This document shows positions 31,250-39,536 of a stretch of DNA of 64,000 bases, piece by piece. A program made the translations under genes and the position numbers. This stretch comes from an uncultured Poribacteria bacterium (GTDB lineage: Bacteria > Poribacteria > WGA-4E > WGA-3G). The notes below the pieces were generated by a model. That model ran no database searches. It was not told the origin of the DNA and worked only from the letters and a program-made list of their open reading frames with translations. The DNA is taken from the NCBI GenBank assembly GCA_951813565.1, contig OX638351.1:4717506-4781505 (forward strand), written 5' to 3'. How positions within the stretch are numbered: position 1 is the first letter of the stretch; the number at the start of each line of letters is the position of its first letter.

Positions 31250-32608
31250 ATGAATATCATTCATATTATTTCAGATACATTTAGACGAGATAACTTAGAA
31301 ATTTTTGGTGGCAAGGGTTATAGTCCCGCACTGAACGCCTTCGCTGAAAAATGCGTTGTTTTTGACAAAGCTTACGTTTGTAGCTACCCAACCGTGCCAA
31401 TCCGTGGTGATTTGGTAACTGGCGAGGTAGGTATTTGCCGCCGCGGATGGGAACCGCTTCAACGCAATGTGCCTGTTATCGCAAACGATCTCACAAAAGC
31501 TGGTGTTGTCAGCATGATGATTGCGGATACGCCGCATCATCTCAATAACGGCTTCCTTTACAACCGAGGATTTACAGGATGGAAATGGATTCGTGGGCAG
31601 GAAAGCGATCTTTTGGAAACCCATCCTTATGACTTTGACACAGAAGAAGGACTGCGCTATCGTGAACACACACGGCCACATCCGAACAAGTTGCCAGCGG
31701 GACTCTTCAACCACCTTAAAAATAGCGACTCTCGCCAGAATGAAGGAGGGACCTTTGTTGCACAAACGGTGCAAACTGCCTGTGACTGGCTGGAACGCAA
31801 CTATCAACACGAAAATTTTTATTTAATGGTAGATACCTTTGACCCGCATGAACCGTGGGATGTGCCTGATTGGTATATTAAAAGGTTTGACCCAGATGAT
31901 TACGACGGGCCTGAACCCATCTATCCAACCTATGGCCCAAATAATATGGACGAACGCACAACGCAACGCCTCAATGCATTATACCGTGCCGAAGCGTGTC
32001 TTGTAGACAATTGGATTGGACATCTGCTGCGAAAAATTGACTATATGGGGTTGATGGAAAGGACGATGATCATTTTCATGGCAGACCACGGCTTTCTGTT
32101 GGGTGAACATGGTCTCATTGCGAAAAACCTCGGTATGTATGAGGAAATTGTGCATATACCGCTGCTTATTTATCATCCTGAGGTTAAACCTCGCCGGACA
32201 GACGCGCTTGCCAGTATTATTGACATTCCCGCGACTGTGATTGATGCTTTCGGTGCAGAACGCAGCAAACAGGTTGAAGGTAAAAGCCTGCTGCCAATCG
32301 TCATGGGAGAAACCGACACGGGTAGAGATTATGCGGTTACACACGGCGCATGGGGTGGCGGCTGGAGTCCTGATGGTGGAAGCCCACATGGAAGTGTTAC
32401 GGATGGCACATGGTCACTGCTCTTAGAAAATAAGGGTGCGCCGCAACATCTGTTTCACCTTCCCTCCGATCCAGAACAGATGAAGAATCGGTTTGAATCG
32501 GATACAGACGAAGCACGCCGACTCTATCAAGCGTTTTTGGAATTTTTGGGACAACACGGTGGTCCAGAAGCGATGGTTGAACAGTTTCAGAATAGATGGC
32601 CTATTTGA
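31250..32608 (+). CDS. Sulfatase / alkaline-phosphatase superfamily hydrolase (Thr at the formylglycine position)
   Basis: 'NII.IISDTFRRD', 'SYPTVPIRGDLVTG', 'FDPHEPW', 'ADHG..LGEHG..K', 'HIPLLI'. Confidence 0.88.
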   Translation: MNIIHIISDTFRRDNLEIFGGKGYSPALNAFAEKCVVFDKAYVCSYPTVPIRGDLVTGEVGICRRGWEPLQRNVPVIANDLTKAGVVSMMIADTPHHLNNGFLYNRGFTGWKWIRGQESDLLETHPYDFDTEEGLRYREHTRPHPNKLPAGLFNHLKNSDSRQNEGGTFVAQTVQTACDWLERNYQHENFYLMVDTFDPHEPWDVPDWYIKRFDPDDYDGPEPIYPTYGPNNMDERTTQRLNALYRAEACLVDNWIGHLLRKIDYMGLMERTMIIFMADHGFLLGEHGLIAKNLGMYEEIVHIPLLIYHPEVKPRRTDALASIIDIPATVIDAFGAERSKQVEGKSLLPIVMGETDTGRDYAVTHGAWGGGWSPDGGSPHGSVTDGTWSLLLENKGAPQHLFHLPSDPEQMKNRFESDTDEARRLYQAFLEFLGQHGGPEAMVEQFQNRWPI

Positions 32609-32629
32609 ATTTTTGATTTGACTTGAGGT

Positions 32630-32770
32630 TATCTCATAAATCATTTGTAGGGCGAGGTCCCCGTGCCTCGCCATCTCCCATAAACGCAAACAGCGGGCGG
32701 GCACAGGGACCCGCCCCTACGCTGAAGGGAATTCTTTGTCAGGTAACCGTGTTTAACGATTTATGAGATA
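32630..32770. repeat. MITE-like element (TATCTCATAAATC IR) enclosing GTAG..CTAC REP-like doublet
   Basis: 13-bp perfect IR; related core at ~11724-11820 and ~42775. Confidence 0.7.
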
Positions 32771-32825
32771 GACTGTAATTTCTTTACGCAAAAACAGGAT
32801 TCTGATGTAGCGTAGATAGGACCTA

Positions 32826-33491
32826 ATGAATACACGGAATTTAGTTGCTGAATTTATCGGCACGTTTGCGCTGATTTTTATCGGCGCAGGATCGGTGGTT
32901 ATCAATCCAGGTAATTTAGTTGCAGTTGCTCTTGCATTTGGTTCGGTCGTTGTGGGATTTATTTATGCGTATGGACATATTTCAGGGACGCATATCAATC
33001 CAGCTGTGACTCTGGGACTCCTGATAGCTGGAGAAATCGAATTTACTGCAGCAATCGGTTACTGGATTGTTCAATTTGCAGGTGGTATTTTGGGTGCGTA
33101 TGTTCTCAAAGGTGTGCTGCCGATAAACGGTGATTTGGGGGTAACTATTTTAGCTACCAATGTGACACCGATAAATGGACTGATAGTTGAAATTGTCCTA
33201 ACATTCTTCCTCGTTAATACGATTTTCAATACTGCTGTAAGTGGAAAGGCAGGAAACTTTGCTGGACTCGCCATTGGGTTAACTTTAGTGTTTTGCATCC
33301 TGATGGGCGGTCCGTTAACACGTGCGTCCCTCAATCCTGCACGGACGTTGGGACCTGCTATCGCAGCTGGTGCTGAGCATGCCCAGTGGGGTAACATCTG
33401 GCTTTATTTTGTCGGACCGTTTATAGGCGCAGTACTCGCAGCACTTCTGTATATTGGTGTTTTGAAAGATAAAGGAACTGGAACTGAGTAG
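32826..33491 (+). CDS. Aquaporin / MIP channel
   Basis: AEFIGTF, SGTHINPAVT, ASLNPAR (two NPA motifs). Confidence 0.95.
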   Translation: MNTRNLVAEFIGTFALIFIGAGSVVINPGNLVAVALAFGSVVVGFIYAYGHISGTHINPAVTLGLLIAGEIEFTAAIGYWIVQFAGGILGAYVLKGVLPINGDLGVTILATNVTPINGLIVEIVLTFFLVNTIFNTAVSGKAGNFAGLAIGLTLVFCILMGGPLTRASLNPARTLGPAIAAGAEHAQWGNIWLYFVGPFIGAVLAALLYIGVLKDKGTGTE

Positions 33492-33718
33492 TTGGTAATT
33501 TATAGTAGATTTTACAATTAACTTTTATGTTATTCAGCGCGCTGACAAAGCACCAATCCAATGCTGAATGTGCGGACGACACGCGGAGCGTGCCTACTAC
33601 CATGTGTAAATATATTTTTATATTTCACTATAAATAAAAACAGGCTGATGCTTTTAAGCATTAGCCTTACTTTTTTACCATTGCGAGGCACAGGGACCTC
33701 GCACTACAATATGGCGGA

Positions 33719-34414
33719 TTAAGCCTCAACGTTGATCGGAATTTCCGTTGGTTTTGCCTCTTCCGTTTTCGGAATCTCAATTGTTAAAACACCATCCTTG
33801 AATTCGGCTTTTATACCATCAGCTTTCGCATTTGGTGGAAGTGGGAGAACACGTTTAAAACTCCCATATCGCAGTTCCGACCGGCGTGGGTGTTGCGTTT
33901 CGTCTGTCTGCTTCCGCTCCTTTTTTCCTTTTACCTTTAATAGATTGTCAGTTACAGAAACAGTGACATCGTTTTGTGAAACGCCAGGGAGTTCAACTAA
34001 CACTTCATACCTATCTTCAGAAACAGAAAACTCAATGGGTGGCCGCCAATTGGATTTTCCTCTTTTCGTTTTTCCCTCACGATACGCGAACCTTCTGTCA
34101 AAAACGTGCCTCATCCGATTGTGATGTAGGAAAATATCTCGCATTGGATGATGTGGTCTGAAGTTTGCTTGTGCTGAACGGCGAAGATTTCTCCTCCCTC
34201 TCGGGGGTTGATGTCCCCAATTTCCGCGTGCTACGGGTGGTCGGTGTCGTCGTGGACTTCTTGCTTGTGATGGTTCTTGCCTTCCTTCTTCAGGATGTGG
34301 CGAATGGTGGCGGCGTTGTCTCCTTCCCCGTCTGGGGCCTCTTCCTTGTGCGGACTGATGTTGACGTGGTCCTTTAGAACCACCTCTGGGACCATGTTGC
34401 GGTCTATTTCTCAT
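33719..34414 (-). CDS. Hsp20/alpha-crystallin protein with long Arg/His/Pro/Gly-rich N-terminal extension
   Basis: C-terminal 'WRPP...ELPGV...ELRYGSFKR..LP...A.FKDGVLTI.IPK' plus IPI tail; RBS AAGGAG. Confidence 0.85.
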   Translation of the reverse strand: MRNRPQHGPRGGSKGPRQHQSAQGRGPRRGRRQRRHHSPHPEEGRQEPSQARSPRRHRPPVARGNWGHQPPRGRRNLRRSAQANFRPHHPMRDIFLHHNRMRHVFDRRFAYREGKTKRGKSNWRPPIEFSVSEDRYEVLVELPGVSQNDVTVSVTDNLLKVKGKKERKQTDETQHPRRSELRYGSFKRVLPLPPNAKADGIKAEFKDGVLTIEIPKTEEAKPTEIPINVEA

Positions 34415-34515
34415 TTCAATTCTCCTTTTTCTGATCTTGTATTCTAATTATTTTCTTTTTCACTGTATTTGACCACTACACTTATGAAATTGTTCGGTAT
34501 AAGCGATGCAAGGTT

Positions 34516-34552
34516 AACAGGGCAGGCACAATTAATTGTACCTGCCCTGCTG
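34516..34552 (-). terminator. Stem-loop between second and third hsp20 genes
   Basis: CAGGGCAGGCACAA..TTGTACCTGCCCTG. Confidence 0.55.
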
Positions 34553-34565
34553 TTTTGGAATTATT

Positions 34566-35021
34566 TTAACTCTCTTGCGGAGCATCCACAGTTGATTCAG
34601 CAACGATCGGAATTTCTTTTGGCTTTACCTCTTCCGGTTTTGGGATGGACAACGTCAGGACACCATCTTTGAATTCTGCTTTGATGCTGTCAGCCTCAAC
34701 TTTTGGTGGAAGTGTAAATCTCCGTTCGAAGCTTCCATAACACCGTTCGACTCGCCGGTAGTCTTTAGAATCGTCAGTTTTTTCCTGTCGTTTTTCTCCT
34801 TTTATTGTTAAGAGATCGTCTTTGACAGAAATATGGACATCGTCCTTTGTTACGCCAGGTAGTTCAGTCCGAACTTCAAAACTATCATCCGTTTCGGAAA
34901 TATCAGCAGATGGTCTCCACTTATATTCTTGTGTCCCAGGTCTTTCAAAAAACGGCGTGAACAGAGAGTTATAGAATTTGAACGGGTTTACTGCTGGTCT
35001 GTGTAAGGTCAAATAGGTCAT
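34566..35021 (-). CDS. Hsp20 small heat-shock protein
   Basis: WRPSADISE..ELPGV..ERCYGSFERRF.LP..KDGVL..IPK..IPI. Confidence 0.95.
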   Translation of the reverse strand: MTYLTLHRPAVNPFKFYNSLFTPFFERPGTQEYKWRPSADISETDDSFEVRTELPGVTKDDVHISVKDDLLTIKGEKRQEKTDDSKDYRRVERCYGSFERRFTLPPKVEADSIKAEFKDGVLTLSIPKPEEVKPKEIPIVAESTVDAPQES

Positions 35022-35089
35022 TTTTATTCTCCTTATAGTGTAAGGTTTATCGCCTGTGTTATATAGTAGGCATGCGTAATTATGTTGTG

Positions 35090-35542
35090 TTAAGCATTTG
35101 CAGTAATCGGAATTTCAGTTGGTTTTGCCGCTTCCACCTTCGGTATGGTGAGGGTCAAAACCCCGTCTTTGTATCCTGCCTTTATATCAGCAGTTTCAAC
35201 ATTTCTCGGAAGTGTAAAACTTCTTTGGAAACTTCCGTACCGTCTTTCCACTCGGTGATAGTTTTTGTTATCTGTCTCCTTTTCCTGCCGTTTTTCACCT
35301 TTGATTGTGAGCAGGTTATCGGTTACTGAGACGTTGACATCGCTTTCCGTAACCCCAGGAAGTTCGGCACGAATTTCAAAGCCGTTTTCCATTTCAGAGA
35401 TGTCTACTGTGGGCATCCAGGAAGTGGGATCACCGTTGGTTTCACTTTCCTGAGAAGCGAATAGATCTCCAAAGATTTTTCCCATTTCGTTGTGAAGGTT
35501 GAATAGATTTCCTACCGGTCTGCGTGTTGCTAAATGTCTCAT
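35090..35542 (-). CDS. Hsp20 small heat-shock protein
   Basis: WMPTVDISE..ELPGV..ERRYGSFQRSF.LP..KDGVL..IPK..IPI. Confidence 0.95.
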   Translation of the reverse strand: MRHLATRRPVGNLFNLHNEMGKIFGDLFASQESETNGDPTSWMPTVDISEMENGFEIRAELPGVTESDVNVSVTDNLLTIKGEKRQEKETDNKNYHRVERRYGSFQRSFTLPRNVETADIKAGYKDGVLTLTIPKVEAAKPTEIPITANA

Positions 35543-35584
35543 TTTTCTTCTCCTTTTGATTTATGTTTTCTGTAAGTATAATGA

Positions 35585-35600
35585 GCAAGTTCTGTGCCAA
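35585..35600 (-). promoter_or_regulatory. Sigma54 (-24/-12) promoter of the hsp20 cluster
   Basis: TTGGCACAGAACTTGCT matches TGGCAC-N5-TTGC, ~45 bp upstream of the first ATG. Confidence 0.8.
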
Positions 35601-35639
35601 TTTTTTTAACACAAATTAATAAATATTTACCAACTATAT

Positions 35640-35788
35640 TAACCTAAGTTCCTACGGACAAGATTTCAATCAGCCATACACTATTTTTACTGAAAAACAA
35701 GGATTTTTCGCTGATTCTGGGCGTTATAAATCGGGGTTAGAAACCCCTCCCACAAGAGCATTCGCCAAATAGGTGGCAACTTGGGTTA
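35640..35788. repeat. MITE-like element (TAACC.AAGTT IR) with REP-like core
   Basis: TAACCTAAGTTCC / GCAACTTGGGTTA; core CGGGGTTAGAAACCCCTCCCACAAGAG, near-identical to ~19505. Confidence 0.6.
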
Positions 35789-36084
35789 TAATAGATATAA
35801 GCAATTAATTGCCAAACAACAATTTATCCCATCTATAATGAGCGATTATGCCCAAATATAGCTGAACTACTTACGTAGTCCAGTAAAATTCACTATCAAA
35901 ATTCTCTGTAGGAATTGAGATAAGATTCTTATTTTTTTAGGACAACTATGGAGGTAGCTATATGGAAATCTATCTGCCATATTGACATATCCGTGCCATT
36001 TTGAAACGGTGTATATGCCAAAAAGGCGGAGTTATGATAGTAGTAGAGTTGTGGGTAGATTAGGGTAGGCAGAGAAGATAGGTT

Positions 36085-36732
36085 CTATTTATTCTGATCA
36101 GAAAGTTGCGCGCGTATCCCTGCAGTGACGGTATGCAACGCGATAGGATTATCATTCAAAAACGGGACAATTAGATCTGCGTATTTTTTACAAGGTTCTG
36201 TGTAAATTGGGAAATTAGGGAGTACATCCCGTCGGTACCAACTGATTGCGCTTTCAAGGTTTCCGCTGCGTGTGCCGACATCGCGGAGCATTCGCCGCAT
36301 CACACGTTCATGTGCATCAACATCCAAGAAAAGTTTGACATCTATTAACTCACGGAGTTGCTGATTCCAATAGATAAGATGTCCCTCCACAATTACAACA
36401 TCGCTTGATTCTATAATTTTCTTTTTATCACCGCGTTGTGCTGCACGTGTTCCGGGGGCAGGCGTTTCTATAGGCTTTCGCAAGCGGAGTTTTTCAACAT
36501 CTGCAATAAGCACATCCCAACACACTGCATCAGGATGATTCGCGGTTACCACTTTTTCGCGCTCTTCAGGCGAATATTCTGACCAATCCCGAAAATAGGA
36601 GTCTTGGTGTAACGTGACAGGCGAAAATTCAGCGAGTTGGTCTGCTAAAGCAGTGGCGAACGTTGTTTTTCCAGAAGCTGAACCACCCATAATGCCAACG
36701 GTAATTGGTCTAAACATATTATTTTTTGCCAT
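36085..36732 (-). CDS. udk: Uridine kinase family
   Basis: GGSASGKTT, QDSYF, NHPDA, IVEG, R..RD, EP.K.YADLIV. Confidence 0.8.
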   Translation of the reverse strand: MAKNNMFRPITVGIMGGSASGKTTFATALADQLAEFSPVTLHQDSYFRDWSEYSPEEREKVVTANHPDAVCWDVLIADVEKLRLRKPIETPAPGTRAAQRGDKKKIIESSDVVIVEGHLIYWNQQLRELIDVKLFLDVDAHERVMRRMLRDVGTRSGNLESAISWYRRDVLPNFPIYTEPCKKYADLIVPFLNDNPIALHTVTAGIRAQLSDQNK

Positions 36733-36932
36733 TATTCCATGCTATCATTAAGATTTGTTTTCACCAGAAACAAAAATAGGATAACATAAATCAGGGTTAT
36801 TGTCAAACTTTGAATCATTTGACTTCAGCAGGCTTTTTATGTTATCCTATTAATTAAACGAAGGATTTGTAAGGTCAGCTGAACTGTAACATGGGACCAT
36901 ACCCGATATCGTAGTTATCTTGGAGAAAAAGT

Positions 36933-38783
36933 ATGTTTTGGGAAAAGATTGAATCGCAATTTAAAGTCGCCGCTGCACACCAATTTTTACTACACTTTAA
37001 TGTTAATGATTTACTACACGACGAACTCTATGGCTATTTACCGGCCTTGGACTACCTGATGGAACAACTAAACGCACTCGGGTGCCGTCTGGTTATGGGG
37101 TACAACGCAACACGAGGAATTATGTGGGCCAATGCAGGCAAATGGTTGGAAACGCAGAAAATTTTAGGGCTTATTCCTAAAGATCAAGGACTTCCAGAAT
37201 ACACAGAGGTGCGAAAAAGGATTAATACCCAACTCTCTTACCATAAGCTTCATGAAGACCCATTTCTTAAGATTGATCCATTACCTACAAAAGATCTGGC
37301 AAATAAGTTACATAATCTGCTGAATCAAGACAGAGCCAGAGTGGGCTTGATTATCAGTAATCTTGAACAGATCGCCCCAAACGATCCTATGTTTGACACA
37401 GGGGCAAAAGACAACCTACAATTCTTCTTCCATCAACTCCAAAATTGGGCATCAGACTTGGAAATTCGTAGAAAAAAACATATTATCTTACTTCTCACAC
37501 AAAATACTTACGATATTCATCCGCATTTTCTTGTGAATCAAGAAATACCTATTGTGGAGGTGCCGTTTCCAGATTATGATGAGCGTTTGAAGTTTATTGA
37601 ACATTTAAGCACAATCCCGCAAGAAATTTTACAAGATGATTCTCCAGATGCAAGAGTGCAAGTGCAATTAAAGCTTGGTAATGACCGCGAAAAGCAGACC
37701 TTAGCAAGAGACACAGCTGGCTTAAATCTATTTGCTATTCACGATTTGGTGCGGCACGCAGCCTCTTTAAAACAGAAAATAGAAGGGCCAATGCTTGCAA
37801 ACTATCGGTATGAGAGCGTCAAAACATTTAGCCATGGAATTATTGAAGTAAATCAACCACTTACAAATCCGCAACAGCATTGGTCAAACCATGTAACAAG
37901 GGTCATCCAAGATATTGTAGGTGGTTTAAAAGAACAGGATATGAGACGAGTGCCACGGGGAGTTCTTTTGCTTGGTCCCACCGGCAATGGAAACATCTAT
38001 GCAGCGCGTATGTTAGCTGGACAGACAAATATGGCATTTGTGCGACTTCGTTATGCGAGTCAGATAAGCGAAGTAACAATAAACATTAATGATAACGGTA
38101 ATAGTTATGATAGAAACTTGAATTCTGCTATCAACTTTATTCGCGGGCTTGCGCCTGTCGTTGTGTTTATGGACGAAATTGAGCAGGCTTCCCCGCATAC
38201 AAGCATGAATATAGGAAACTTAGAACGCACCTTTCCTGCTCTTCTTACGAATGCTATTAGCGATGCTTCCTTGCATGGGAAGGTGATATGGGTTGGCACC
38301 TCAAACCGTCCCGATTTGATACCGCCTATTTTCCGCCGTCCTGAGATATTTAGTCATAAATTAGTGCTTCTGCCACCTATGCGGGAGAGCCGAGGGGGTA
38401 TTTTGCAGTTTTTCTGCCGACTCCACACACAGGAAAAAATTAATTTCCAAGAAATTGCGAGAGATGAAAAACTACGTGGTGTAAGTGTCAACGATCTAAA
38501 TATAATTGCACAACGTAGCCACAACGTTGCAAAACGCAAGAATCGCAATACTTTCACAGAAGAAGATTTACGCGAGGTGATATCAGATTTTATGCCGGAC
38601 TATTCTCCGGAGATGCGATTGTTTATGGTGTTGTTGGCGTTACAGGAGGCGAATTCCCGCGCAATGATACCAGATAGATTGCCGCCGCCATATCAAGAGT
38701 TTGTGAATGAAGATCGGATTGACAAGACAAAGATAAACGCACGTTTGATGGAACTTGGTAAAGAACTGGGATTGACTGCTTGA
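36933..38783 (+). CDS. AAA+ family protein with degenerate Walker A
   Basis: 'PRGVLLLGPTGNGNIYAA', Walker B 'VVFMDEIE', SRH 'GTSNRPDLI...RRP'. Confidence 0.8.
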   Translation: MFWEKIESQFKVAAAHQFLLHFNVNDLLHDELYGYLPALDYLMEQLNALGCRLVMGYNATRGIMWANAGKWLETQKILGLIPKDQGLPEYTEVRKRINTQLSYHKLHEDPFLKIDPLPTKDLANKLHNLLNQDRARVGLIISNLEQIAPNDPMFDTGAKDNLQFFFHQLQNWASDLEIRRKKHIILLLTQNTYDIHPHFLVNQEIPIVEVPFPDYDERLKFIEHLSTIPQEILQDDSPDARVQVQLKLGNDREKQTLARDTAGLNLFAIHDLVRHAASLKQKIEGPMLANYRYESVKTFSHGIIEVNQPLTNPQQHWSNHVTRVIQDIVGGLKEQDMRRVPRGVLLLGPTGNGNIYAARMLAGQTNMAFVRLRYASQISEVTININDNGNSYDRNLNSAINFIRGLAPVVVFMDEIEQASPHTSMNIGNLERTFPALLTNAISDASLHGKVIWVGTSNRPDLIPPIFRRPEIFSHKLVLLPPMRESRGGILQFFCRLHTQEKINFQEIARDEKLRGVSVNDLNIIAQRSHNVAKRKNRNTFTEEDLREVISDFMPDYSPEMRLFMVLLALQEANSRAMIPDRLPPPYQEFVNEDRIDKTKINARLMELGKELGLTA

Positions 38784-38824
38784 AATTTAAGTAGGGTTCT
38801 GGAGAATTTAGTTCTGTTATAAAC

Positions 38825-38859
38825 ATAACGCTCCTGTTGTAAATCAACAGGAGCGTTAT
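38825..38859. terminator. Bidirectional terminator between convergent genes
   Basis: Perfect 15-bp stem ATAACGCTCCTGTTG-taaat-CAACAGGAGCGTTAT. Confidence 0.75.
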
Positions 38860-38935
38860 TCCACTTGCTTGAATAGCCCTTATTTAGTCAGATGACTAAA
38901 TTTTGTATAAATCGTAAGGCATATTCCTCACAGTG

Positions 38936-39241
38936 TTATTCTTCTTCGTAGCGGTTTTGATAGCGCTGTCCACCGCCGCCACCACCACCGGAACGTCGTT
39001 CACGTGGACGGGCGGGATTGACTTTCAACGGGCGTCCCTGGATCTCTTGACCATCAAGAGCTTCAATTGCTCGTTCACCATCTTCTTGATTTTCCATTTC
39101 AACGAATCCATAACCTTTGGAGCGGCCATCATAACGGTCGCGTATAATTGTTACCGAACTAAGTGGTCCATGCGGTTCAAATAGTTCTTCCAAGTCAGTT
39201 TCTGTCGCTGCATAGGGCACATTGCCAACGTAGATGTTCAT
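38936..39241 (-). CDS. RRM RNA-binding protein with Gly-rich tail
   Basis: RNP2 IYVGNV, RNP1 KGYGFVEM, 'LKVN.ARPR', GGGGGGG tail. Confidence 0.95.
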   Translation of the reverse strand: MNIYVGNVPYAATETDLEELFEPHGPLSSVTIIRDRYDGRSKGYGFVEMENQEDGERAIEALDGQEIQGRPLKVNPARPRERRSGGGGGGGQRYQNRYEEE

Positions 39242-39486
39242 CTCGTTTCTCCTTTTGAAATTGAAATAAACGGGAATGTGAGAAAACTGAGTACTGTCAG
39301 CATGTTGTTCTATAGGCAGGCATTTGGCAGTGCTAAGATTGGCAAAAATGAACTCGGATTCTCATCAATCTTCTTCGGAAGCCGCTTCACAATCTAACTG
39401 AATGCTCCTGGTTCCAAACTGTAAAACTGTCAAAATACTACACATAATCTGGTTCGCAGACACCATCACATTTCCCAAACGTTAAT

Positions 39487-39515
39487 ATGATACTACAAAT
39501 TATTAAATTTGTCAA
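39487..39515 (-). promoter_or_regulatory. Sigma70 promoter of the RRM gene (implies ~240-nt 5' UTR)
   Basis: TTGACA-17 bp-TATCAT. Confidence 0.6.
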
Positions 39516-39536
39516 ATTTGATTTTACTATTTCTAA

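Noticed and set aside
38933..39184. 83-aa plus-strand ORF, and similar antisense ORFs across the track
   Set aside because: Shadow ORFs opposite well-supported genes
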